32,000 nt of DNA from the NCBI GenBank assembly GCA_022646745.1, contig CP060262.1, positions 3,930,001 to 3,962,000 of the forward strand. The letters run 5' to 3'. Within the stretch, counting starts at the first letter, position 1. Every line of letters starts with the position of its first letter. Of the stretch, positions 8,468 through 16,663 are shown in pieces. Made by a program: the position numbers and the translations under genes. The DNA is from Planctomycetales bacterium (GTDB taxonomy: Bacteria; 4484-113; JAFGCY01). Below the pieces are notes generated by a model. The model did not search any database. It was not told the origin of the DNA and saw only the letters and a program-made list of their open reading frames with translations.

Positions 8468-11100
8468 ATCAGGGCTGGATCGCTGCGTTTCGTGAGGCAT
8501 GGCATAGCCCGCTGCTGGAGCTCTGGCAGCGGCAGGATTCACGGCGAAGCACCCGTGGTTTCTGGCTGTCCAGCCCGGGACTGCTGCTGCTGGCCACTCC
8601 GCTTGTAATCCTGCTCTACTGGCTTCTGGTCCGCCAGCTGGGCATCCTTGCACATGCAGCTGGCAATGAAGGCATGAACCCGATCCTCGCATCGGCAGTA
8701 TTCTGGCTGGCAATCAATGCCAGCATCAAATACCTGGTCCTCATCGTTACCTTCATCTGCTGCGCCAGGCTGTATCGCGTGCTGGCGGACAGTGGCAGCC
8801 TGCTGGATGGAAGGAGCGGCAAGCGTGCACAGCTTGACAATGCAATGGCTGTCAGCATGCTGGATGACCGGCACCTGGTCGCCGCCCAGCACATCAGCAA
8901 CTTCCGCCTGCTGTATCCATGGATCGTCCTGCTGTCCCTTTTGCTGGGCCTGCACCGGGTTGTGTGCGCATTTGGCCACGCCGCTGTCGAAGCCCCGGAT
9001 GCCATCGGGCTGGCAGTCCGGCTTGTGCTTCATCCGCTTTGGTCCAGCCTGCTGGCGGCAGTGGCCCTGTTGATCCTCGGCAACTTCGCCATCGCGGCCG
9101 GCAGCGCAGCAGCAGCAAGCCGCCTGTTCCTGATTGGTGTTGCTGGGATGTCTGTCTGCCAGTTCGGCGTGGCGGCGACGCTCTACTATTTCGCAACTGA
9201 CAATTTCATTGGCATTGACGACTGCCTGGTCATGCTGCCAGCCCTGACGGGCCTGTTGCCCGGCCTGCTGCTGGTGTTCGTCGCCGGCTTCGCATCCAGA
9301 TCCGCAGGCTTGCTTCGCATTTTTTCCAGCGGGCTGGGTATGATCCCACTCGCCGGCATTGCCCTGGCGGGCCTGCTCTGTGACAGGATGTTCATGTTGA
9401 GTTTCAGCGACCAGAACATCGAGTCGGGCCTCTGCGTCTTCCAGGCCTGCGTGAACCTCCAGGCAATCTCGGTATTGCCTGTTCTGCCGGACACGCTCGA
9501 ATTCATGGGCCTGGTTGGCAATCCATATGGCAGCCCGGATGCAGTGTTCCCGGGGATGATGCTCAGCTTTCTCGTCGGGATGCAGCTCCTGCTACTGCGT
9601 GTGTCCTCCCATTTTGCTACCAGCTGCCTTGCTGAGCGCCGCGCACGACAGGAATCCGCCAATGAATCCCCCCGAAGCACTGCAAGCAAGGCAAGGAAGC
9701 AATCAGGGAATCCTCAACGAGTAGATGCAGTGTTCGCTGTCCTGCTCGTCGGTATTCCACTGCTGCTGACTATGGCAACGATGATCTCCGCCAGGTTGAT
9801 TCGTCCCCCATTGCTGGAGTCAAAAGATCCCTTCGAGCAATGGTTCCTGGACTGTTTCCAGCGCGGACAATCGCAGGCAGCATGGACCAGCGGCCTGCGC
9901 AACGGCACGATGAGCCTGCGGATGTCGGAGGTCCTTGGACAGGATTATAGCTACACTGACGACCTGATCGACCAGTCAATCCACTACCTGATGCAGGATG
10001 CTGCCGTCCGGCTCGAAACCGGCAATCCCGGCGATGTAGATCCCAGGCTGGCTCGCCTGTGCTTCATCGCCTATGAAACCAATCACTCCGTGGCTTATCC
10101 CCAGCTGACAGAGGAATGGAACAAGTTATATGAGCAGTATCCATGCCTGCAGCATGACCCCCAGGCGATTGCCATCATTGCCGAGATCAGATTGCAGAAG
10201 CTTGGCTGGGAGGATTTCGCGCCGGCGTACATGAATACGCGGCCGGCCTTTTCGTCAGATCCGAAATCAGCTTTCTACAGCCGCGACTGGATGCCGGAGG
10301 ATGACTACCAGGCACTGAAGCAGCTTTATGCCTCAATTGACGATTCGCTCGCAGACAATGCATTTCCATACCATCTGGAGGTCTGCCGCCGTTTGGCAAA
10401 TGACGACCTGAATGGGGCAATGGAAGTGATTCGTGGCAGCAGCAAAGCCCAGCTGGCAGACACGCGGCTCAATCTGCTCGCCGCGCTTGCGTTGGACGAA
10501 CCAGAGAAATTTGATCCATTGAGCCGATACTGCCTCTACTGGCCGGGGTTCAATCGGATACAGAGCATGAATAATCAATATTTCTCAGACTTCTTTTCAG
10601 CCAGTCGCCAGCTTTGTAAGGAAAGCCGTACAGACGACCTGCAACTCCTGCATGACTACATCCTCCGATTCAGCAAGCTGCTTGGGCCATATGATGCCAA
10701 CGAGATCCACCGAGCCATGCTGCAGGGGATTCCGGCAAACTACATTGGCATTGAAAGTAACCGTGCATTTAAGGATGCCAAGTCTGCCGCCAACAGCCTG
10801 CAGTACTCCGAGGCTCTATATGGTCCCAGTCCCTCAATCATCTATGGGAATAATCACACGGTGGGCATACAGTTGCTGGAAGGACATCTGGCATTTACCC
10901 GCCCTCATCCGGATTCCGTTGCGATGTATACATATTTCCTGGGACTGAATGATGAGAAGCTCGTACTGGAAGCAATGACTCAGGCTGAGCAAAGGGAATA
11001 TGAATCCATCATCTCACTTGACTGGACAGCACTGGATTGCTCACCGGCGGCGGACTCGACTGATTCCGCTGAGGAAGCAGGAGAATCGCAATCCCCTTAA
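8464..11100 (+). CDS. fusion protein: ABC-2 permease-like polytopic module (paralog 3) plus TM-anchored soluble helical module
   Basis: The track ORF starts at GTG 8452. The GTG at 8464 overlaps the upstream stop as GTGA and follows a GTGGGG SD-like run, so either start is possible. N-terminal motif HSPLLELWQRQDSRRSTRGFWLSSP starts at 8506. Loop: LDNAMAVSMLDDRHLVAAQ. From about 9715 there is a charged linker, then a TM segment VDAVFAVLLVGIPLLLTMATMI, then a soluble domain of roughly 400 aa. That domain is paralogous to the 12524 and 13948 products and shares the ending LDWTALD plus an acidic tail. Confidence 0.65.
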   Translation: MNQGWIAAFREAWHSPLLELWQRQDSRRSTRGFWLSSPGLLLLATPLVILLYWLLVRQLGILAHAAGNEGMNPILASAVFWLAINASIKYLVLIVTFICCARLYRVLADSGSLLDGRSGKRAQLDNAMAVSMLDDRHLVAAQHISNFRLLYPWIVLLSLLLGLHRVVCAFGHAAVEAPDAIGLAVRLVLHPLWSSLLAAVALLILGNFAIAAGSAAAASRLFLIGVAGMSVCQFGVAATLYYFATDNFIGIDDCLVMLPALTGLLPGLLLVFVAGFASRSAGLLRIFSSGLGMIPLAGIALAGLLCDRMFMLSFSDQNIESGLCVFQACVNLQAISVLPVLPDTLEFMGLVGNPYGSPDAVFPGMMLSFLVGMQLLLLRVSSHFATSCLAERRARQESANESPRSTASKARKQSGNPQRVDAVFAVLLVGIPLLLTMATMISARLIRPPLLESKDPFEQWFLDCFQRGQSQAAWTSGLRNGTMSLRMSEVLGQDYSYTDDLIDQSIHYLMQDAAVRLETGNPGDVDPRLARLCFIAYETNHSVAYPQLTEEWNKLYEQYPCLQHDPQAIAIIAEIRLQKLGWEDFAPAYMNTRPAFSSDPKSAFYSRDWMPEDDYQALKQLYASIDDSLADNAFPYHLEVCRRLANDDLNGAMEVIRGSSKAQLADTRLNLLAALALDEPEKFDPLSRYCLYWPGFNRIQSMNNQYFSDFFSASRQLCKESRTDDLQLLHDYILRFSKLLGPYDANEIHRAMLQGIPANYIGIESNRAFKDAKSAANSLQYSEALYGPSPSIIYGNNHTVGIQLLEGHLAFTRPHPDSVAMYTYFLGLNDEKLVLEAMTQAEQREYESIISLDWTALDCSPAADSTDSAEEAGESQSP

Positions 11101-11121
11101 CATGCTCGTCTGTGGGCGGGA

Positions 11122-12531
11122 TTGAATGCCGGGCAGCCCTCGGCTATGATCAAGGAAGAGTACCGGAGATGGCTGGAGCCATCGTATCCGGGTGGGAGCA
11201 GTATGGCGGTTCGACAACATGAACCTGAAGCAAAGCTGGACGGAGCTGTCCGGCCTGCTGCTGCGCCAGCAAAATTCCCCTCTTCACTGCGGCAGGAAAG
11301 TGGGAAAGCAGGCAGCTGGCTCGGAGCTGCCCTTGCCATCCGCCAGAATCCATTGCTGAATCTCTGGATCCTGCAGGAGAGGCGCAGGGCGGAATCCAGA
11401 AGCTTCTGGCTGTCAAACCCGGCGCTGCTGGCGGGAACATCAATTGTCAGCGTGCTCGCCTGCATCATACTGGTCCGGCAGTTACTGGCACTTGTCGAGG
11501 CCCGGACCGCCGGTGCAGTCAACCCGATGCCGGCCTCAGCCGCCTTCTGGACTGCAGTCAATGCGATCCTCTGGCTGGCGATAATCTACTTCGGCATGCT
11601 CTCCATCGGGCGGATCTTCCTCGCGATGCGCAATTCAGTCGCGCTACTGGAGACCGGCCAGGGCAACCAGCGCCTGCGGCTCGATGACAACCTCGTGATC
11701 ACGGAAATGGGCAGCCACCAGATCATCATGGCCCAGATCGCCGACAACCTGCGCCTGGTGCTGCCGGCCAACATCCCGCTGACCCTGTTGCTCGGGCTGC
11801 AGTCCCAGCTCAGCGGCTATGCAAGAATCCTTGACAACCTGCCAGGCGCGATGGACAGCCTGCAGAACCTGCTGCTGATTCCCCTGCTGTCGATAATCGG
11901 CAGCATCCTTGGCACTGTGCTCCTGGGCGCAATCCTGATCGGGGCCGGCCTGCTGGCTGACAGCACCCGCCTGCAGGTCGGGGCGGCGGTCGGTGTTTTA
12001 CTGATCCAGGCCTGGCTGTTGTTCCTGATGGCAACCGGCAGGGAGGTATTCAATCTAGGTATGGTTGAGGGCAGCGGCTGGGTGATCTCAGCGCTTGGGC
12101 TGTTCCCCCTGCTTGTAATGATGCTGCCGGTTTTCCTCGCTGGCTTCAGCCCCTTGTTTAGGCGTATCCTGGCAGGCGGACTGATCCTCTGGATGGGTTT
12201 TGCCCTGACCCTGCTGTATGGCATCTGCCTGTTGTCAGACCTGCGCATCTGGCTGGCAGAACCGAATGCTGTCGGGATGGGCCTGCAGGTCGGAAAGCAG
12301 AGCTTGCAGGTCTTCAGTTGCACGCCCCTGACAGGGATTGTCTACCAGCACTTGCAGGCGGTCATCCTCGGCAACCGGCAGGATCCTGCATTCTTCCTGA
12401 GTGTCTGGCAACCTGTCTACACCTATAGCGTCCCGCTGGCAGGATTCCTTCTGCAGGCAGCCTGCATCACCGGAGCCCTGCGCTTTGCGCTCTTGATGAT
12501 GGACAAACGGAGGCTTGGCAGCCATGACTGA
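11122..12531 (+). CDS. polytopic membrane protein, ABC-2 permease-like, paralog 4 (closest to paralog 3)
   Basis: 469-aa ORF from TTG 11122. Alternative ATG starts lie at 11146 and 11203 (GGGAG 4 nt upstream), so the start is uncertain. Motif IRQNPLLNLWILQERRRAESRSFWLSNP starts at 11347. FWLSNPALL...LVRQLLAL...AVNPMPASAAFWTAVNA aligns with FWLSSPGLL...LVRQLGIL...GMNPILASAVFWLAINA of paralog 3. Loop: LDDNLVITEMGSHQIIMAQI. Confidence 0.6.
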   Translation: MNAGQPSAMIKEEYRRWLEPSYPGGSSMAVRQHEPEAKLDGAVRPAAAPAKFPSSLRQESGKAGSWLGAALAIRQNPLLNLWILQERRRAESRSFWLSNPALLAGTSIVSVLACIILVRQLLALVEARTAGAVNPMPASAAFWTAVNAILWLAIIYFGMLSIGRIFLAMRNSVALLETGQGNQRLRLDDNLVITEMGSHQIIMAQIADNLRLVLPANIPLTLLLGLQSQLSGYARILDNLPGAMDSLQNLLLIPLLSIIGSILGTVLLGAILIGAGLLADSTRLQVGAAVGVLLIQAWLLFLMATGREVFNLGMVEGSGWVISALGLFPLLVMMLPVFLAGFSPLFRRILAGGLILWMGFALTLLYGICLLSDLRIWLAEPNAVGMGLQVGKQSLQVFSCTPLTGIVYQHLQAVILGNRQDPAFFLSVWQPVYTYSVPLAGFLLQAACITGALRFALLMMDKRRLGSHD

Positions 12532-13951
12532 CAACCATTCGGCCATGCCAGTCGAACACTCACCTGCACCTGGTCCTCCGCGGCGCTTCCTCAGGTTCGA
12601 CCGTGCACTCAGCCTGCTGCTGTTTGGGCTGCCCGCATTGCTTGCATTCACAGTCTCACTTACTGCAGTTACGGTGCCTGTTGTTCATTTCAACAGCGGT
12701 GATGAGTTTGCCGACTGGCTGTTCAATGCCGCCCTGCAGGCCCAGCATGATGCATGCTGGCAGGGTGTGAAGGCGAGCCGGGCTGCGGATAACTGGCTTC
12801 CGGAGAGCTACTATTTCAGGTCAAATGCATACTATCGGGAAAGCGTCCTCTTCGGCAACAAGCTGGCAGACGCGATCCAGCAGCAGCTGGATCTTGACCC
12901 GCATGATCCGCGGGTGATCTGGCTGGCTGCAGCTGGAATGCCCATTGATTATCGCGATTATGACAACAGCTTGCAGACAAAGTCGCGTTTCCTTCTCGAG
13001 CAGGATGCAGGGGGGATGCTGGACCGCCAGGGCCTGGAACTGCTGGCATATTTCATCAACCAGGTCGGACCGTTTGAACTGGTTGAACAGGAACGCTGGC
13101 GGGGACTTAACATTTCCTACTTCGACCTCGGCGATCCATCACAATCTGCCCTGACAGCCGAAGTCCGTGAGCAGGTGACCGATATTCTGCGGCGGGTTGA
13201 CAGTCTGCCTCCCGGCAATGCCCAGCACCTTGAACTGCGGTTCACTCAGCTGATGAACAACGACGACTTTGCCGAGGCCCTGGCACTGCTTGGCCGGTAT
13301 CCCGGGCTCGAGGCAGCGCCCAGTGACGTTGGCATGCTTGCCAGCCTCGGACTGCAGGAACCGGACGGCCTGGATGACATAACGCGTGCCCAGCTGCAGT
13401 TCTTCGGGCTTGCCAACTGGAACAACACCCTGCGCATGGACTACCAGAAAGTGCAACAGGCCAGCCGTGAGTTGCTGGCAAGCGGCAGCCTTGACAAGCT
13501 TCAGCAGCTCCACGAATTCCTCTGGAAACTCGGAGGGATGGGCAGCCCGGGCGACCAGCTTGGGCACACAGCTGAAATGCTGTCTGCCTTGCCACCATCT
13601 GTCCTGCATGACCCTGCCAACCAGGAATTCCGACTTTCACAGCAGGACATATATGCGCTGACCTCCAATTCGTGGACGGCTAATGACCCAGGCCTGCTGC
13701 AGCAGGCTGTCCTGCTCCTCGATTACCAACTCAGCGGAGAAAGGCTCGGTCTGTATGGACCGAACCCCATGTACCAGGATTACTACACTTCACAGCCAAC
13801 TCGTTCCAGGATAATCGAACAACTTGGCCCCAATGCTGCAGAACAGTTTGAGCGGATCCGCAATCTCGACTGGACATCCCTTGACCTCAGCTCAGCCCAG
13901 CCTGCTGACTTCGTTGATCCAGCTGAACAGGCCGCCTCGACTGATACATGA
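12524..13951 (+). CDS. single-pass membrane-anchored protein with large soluble (probably all-alpha) domain of unrecognised family, copy 2
   Basis: The track ORF starts at TTG 12515. ATG 12524 sits 10 nt after GGAGG (12509-12513) and overlaps the upstream stop by 8 nt. Anchor: FDRALSLLLFGLPALLAFTVSL. Then SGDEFADWLF...ELRFTQLMNNDDFAEALALL...QFERIRNLDWTSLD, which is colinear with the C-terminal half of the 8464 product. Confidence 0.6.
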   Translation: MTDNHSAMPVEHSPAPGPPRRFLRFDRALSLLLFGLPALLAFTVSLTAVTVPVVHFNSGDEFADWLFNAALQAQHDACWQGVKASRAADNWLPESYYFRSNAYYRESVLFGNKLADAIQQQLDLDPHDPRVIWLAAAGMPIDYRDYDNSLQTKSRFLLEQDAGGMLDRQGLELLAYFINQVGPFELVEQERWRGLNISYFDLGDPSQSALTAEVREQVTDILRRVDSLPPGNAQHLELRFTQLMNNDDFAEALALLGRYPGLEAAPSDVGMLASLGLQEPDGLDDITRAQLQFFGLANWNNTLRMDYQKVQQASRELLASGSLDKLQQLHEFLWKLGGMGSPGDQLGHTAEMLSALPPSVLHDPANQEFRLSQQDIYALTSNSWTANDPGLLQQAVLLLDYQLSGERLGLYGPNPMYQDYYTSQPTRSRIIEQLGPNAAEQFERIRNLDWTSLDLSSAQPADFVDPAEQAASTDT

Positions 13952-15366
13952 GACAATCAGCAACGGGGATGGATACAGCAGGCACACAACCTGGAGCGAG
14001 GAGCCGCCCACGCTGGCAGCTGATAGACCGCGCGCTGGATCTGCTGGTTGTCGGGCTGCCCCTGCTGCTGGCGCTTGCCTGTGTGATTGCCAGTTACGTC
14101 GTCAAGCCCTACCGCATGGATACCGGAGATCCCTACCTGAACTGGTATGGCAACCAGCTGATGGACAGTGCCGACCAGGTGCTGGCAACGGATCCGCTCC
14201 TGCCGGATTACTACAGCACAGGCGACTACTATCTGTTGCCTGATTTCCGCAAGCGCTTCGAGGAAGCACGAACCTCTTTCAGTGGCGATCCACGCTACTG
14301 GATGGAGTATGCCGATCTGACACGCGCCGAGATCTGGTTCGGAAGTGGTGACAACTATTCCGAACAGGACTCGGAAGCGGCTTATGAGGCAGTGATGCGT
14401 GAGGGCCTGTCCAGCCCCGGCGCCAGCCCTGAAATGTTCATCCCGCTTGAGTGCCGCCCGATCGAGACCTCAGTGCTGGCGGACGGTGTGACCCGCGGCA
14501 ACAAGGAAGGCCGACCGAATTTCCTCTGGAACCATCCGGAAGAAGTGACAGCAATGCTTGAGCAGGCCGGACGGCTGCCGGTGCAGGATACCGTCAGCCG
14601 CCTGCTGCAGGCAACATACTGGAGCTGCGGCGGGGAGTACGGGCGCGCCCGTGAACAGCTGCTGGCAATCCGGGACCAGCCGGGCCCTTCCCTGCCTGAC
14701 ATGAATGAGCTGATGATCAAGTCGGCAGCCAGACCAAACACGGCGGTCATGGCCAGCCGGGGCTGGTCCATGCAGTATCCGTCCAGCATTTACGTGGTGA
14801 ATTCTGACCTGCGCAGCGGACTGGACGAGCTGGCGGAACAGGCCTGGCTGGCCGGAGACTACGAGGTGATTGACATCCTGCGCCAGTCCATCATCGATGG
14901 CAGGGGCGCTTCCGGCACGATCCTCGGCCAGCTGATGACGACTGTCAACCTCGGCAAGGTTGACAGCCGCATCTACAAGGTCACTACCGACCCTGCTGAA
15001 CTGTCAATGATGCTAGAGCTGCGTGCCCGCAAGAATGTGTGGCGAGACAAGGTCCGCTCAACAATCGGGCGGGAACTCAGTCCCTGGGTGGTCGGACGCT
15101 GCACGCTGGAAGGTGCCCTCAGCGGTGGACGGGGCTTTCACAGCGGATACGGTATTGCCTATGGCCGTCTGCTTCAGGATGAGTATGCCGACCTGCTGGG
15201 CATCCAGCCCCAGTGGGATGCGGTTGCGAATTTCAGTTACAGCAAATTGGCCTTCCCAGACGGCTGGACACCATCTGAATCGGACCTGCGGATTGCCGAG
15301 GGAGAAATTGCCAACAATCCCGGCGAGCGCCTGTACCGCGAGGTTTCCGACGGTGAGCAACCGTGA
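13948..15366 (+). CDS. single-pass membrane-anchored protein, same soluble-domain family, copy 3 (more divergent)
   Basis: 472-aa ORF with an ATGA overlap to the upstream stop. Anchor IDRALDLLVVGLPLLLALACVI, then TGDPYLNWYGNQL. These match the anchor and first helix of copies 1 and 2. Confidence 0.55.
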   Translation: MRQSATGMDTAGTQPGARSRPRWQLIDRALDLLVVGLPLLLALACVIASYVVKPYRMDTGDPYLNWYGNQLMDSADQVLATDPLLPDYYSTGDYYLLPDFRKRFEEARTSFSGDPRYWMEYADLTRAEIWFGSGDNYSEQDSEAAYEAVMREGLSSPGASPEMFIPLECRPIETSVLADGVTRGNKEGRPNFLWNHPEEVTAMLEQAGRLPVQDTVSRLLQATYWSCGGEYGRAREQLLAIRDQPGPSLPDMNELMIKSAARPNTAVMASRGWSMQYPSSIYVVNSDLRSGLDELAEQAWLAGDYEVIDILRQSIIDGRGASGTILGQLMTTVNLGKVDSRIYKVTTDPAELSMMLELRARKNVWRDKVRSTIGRELSPWVVGRCTLEGALSGGRGFHSGYGIAYGRLLQDEYADLLGIQPQWDAVANFSYSKLAFPDGWTPSESDLRIAEGEIANNPGERLYREVSDGEQP

Positions 15367-16571
15367 GTGCCAACTGGACCAGCGCAATCCGTGGCCTGCG
15401 TGACAATCCCCTGCCGGCACTGTGGCAGCTGCAGGAACTGCGCCAGCACGGGCAGCGCAGCCGCTGGCTGTCCAGCCCCGGCTATATGCTGCTTGCCATC
15501 CTGGTCAGTGCGCTGGCCTGTTACCTGCTGCTGCTGCAACTCGGAATGGCAGGTGCGGTCTGGCAGGAGGGAGCGCACCCGGTGATTCGCCACAGCCTGC
15601 GCGGGATGGGCTTTGGCGTGTCCCTGGCTTTCACCGGAGCCATCTCCTTTCTACTGGCAATGGCCCGGCTGCACCATGGAATCCTGTTCTGCGGCAGCCT
15701 GCTGGCAATGCGGGACAGCCGCCGGCGCTGGGCCTTTGATGAGGTTGTGGCATCAACTGAGCTTGGCAACCGGGAGATCATCGCCGCGGCGATCTGGCAT
15801 TCGCTGCGCCGCGTGATGCCACCACTCGCACTCAGCCAACTGGTGTTTTCGGTGATGTCCGGCATCTGGGTGGCTGACATGCTGCATGACCACTCCCTCC
15901 CGGATGCAGCATGGCGCTGGCTGCTGCCCCTACTGTTCCTGCTGGGCATGCTGCTGCTGTCCACGCTGGCTGTCGCCACCCTTTGCGCCCTCTCGATCTC
16001 CACCAGCAGTCCTGACCAGCACCCGGCCCAGCCAATGCTGCTGGCAGCGAATGCCTACCCGCTGCAACTGCTGATGCTGGCGGCCCAGCTTCTGTTGCCG
16101 ATCTGGCGTCCAGATGAGTATTACACCGAAGCCCCATCTTTACTGGTGGTGAATCCACTGGATGTCGTCTCGCTGGGGTTCGGAATGCTGATGCCCGTCA
16201 TCATGGTCCTGCTGCTGGAACTGATGTGCCGGGCTGGCAACACCCGAAGTTATGCGGCCTTTGCCCTGCTGCCGGTGGTCGGCCTGCTGCTTGCCTTTGG
16301 CTGGGGCGTGATGTCAATTGTCTATGACGAGCTGCTGTCCTCCACATATCCGCTGGATGGACCCCTTTTCAGCCTCGCATCCAACTGGTGCATCTTCCCG
16401 TTGTACCTCAGCTATCCACTGCAGGACCTGGCCCGCAACGGTATTCCAGGCTATGCGATTCACTGGATGAGTCTCTGCCTGTTTCCCGTACATTTGCTCC
16501 TGCTCCTAGGTGCCCTTTACAAATTTGCGCAACGAGCAGCCGGGAACCTGGACCGCGAACTGCGGGTCTGA
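15363..16571 (+). CDS. polytopic membrane protein, ABC-2 permease-like, paralog 5
   Basis: 402-aa ORF with a GTGA overlap to the upstream stop. Motif LRDNPLPALWQLQELRQHGQRSRWLSSP starts at 15405. Loop: FDEVVASTELGNREIIAAAI. Multiple hydrophobic spans. Confidence 0.6.
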   Translation: MSANWTSAIRGLRDNPLPALWQLQELRQHGQRSRWLSSPGYMLLAILVSALACYLLLLQLGMAGAVWQEGAHPVIRHSLRGMGFGVSLAFTGAISFLLAMARLHHGILFCGSLLAMRDSRRRWAFDEVVASTELGNREIIAAAIWHSLRRVMPPLALSQLVFSVMSGIWVADMLHDHSLPDAAWRWLLPLLFLLGMLLLSTLAVATLCALSISTSSPDQHPAQPMLLAANAYPLQLLMLAAQLLLPIWRPDEYYTEAPSLLVVNPLDVVSLGFGMLMPVIMVLLLELMCRAGNTRSYAAFALLPVVGLLLAFGWGVMSIVYDELLSSTYPLDGPLFSLASNWCIFPLYLSYPLQDLARNGIPGYAIHWMSLCLFPVHLLLLLGALYKFAQRAAGNLDRELRV

Positions 16572-16663
16572 ACCAGCGCTTCTCCCGGGATTGTGGCGGG
16601 AACCACTGCTCCGGGTTAGAATCAAACGGCTGAAATCTGTTTCGATACTTGGGGGTATCGGAT

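Noticed and set aside
6272-16158. Numerous 60-170-aa ORFs in other frames across the permease-like operon (e.g. 7745..8185(-), 8539..9033(-), 11817..12323(-), 15521..16003(-))
   Set aside because: They are embedded in long, paralog-supported coding frames and have compositions typical of off-frame high-GC translation (R/P/A/Q-rich). None has its own initiation signals.
16641-16662. Small hairpin ttcgatac-ttgggg-gtatcgga just upstream of ATG 16664
   Set aside because: The stem is only 6-8 bp (one G-U pair) with no U-tract, so I do not call it a terminator. The SD-like G-run sits in the loop, so it is not an obvious sequestering structure. It may be fortuitous.
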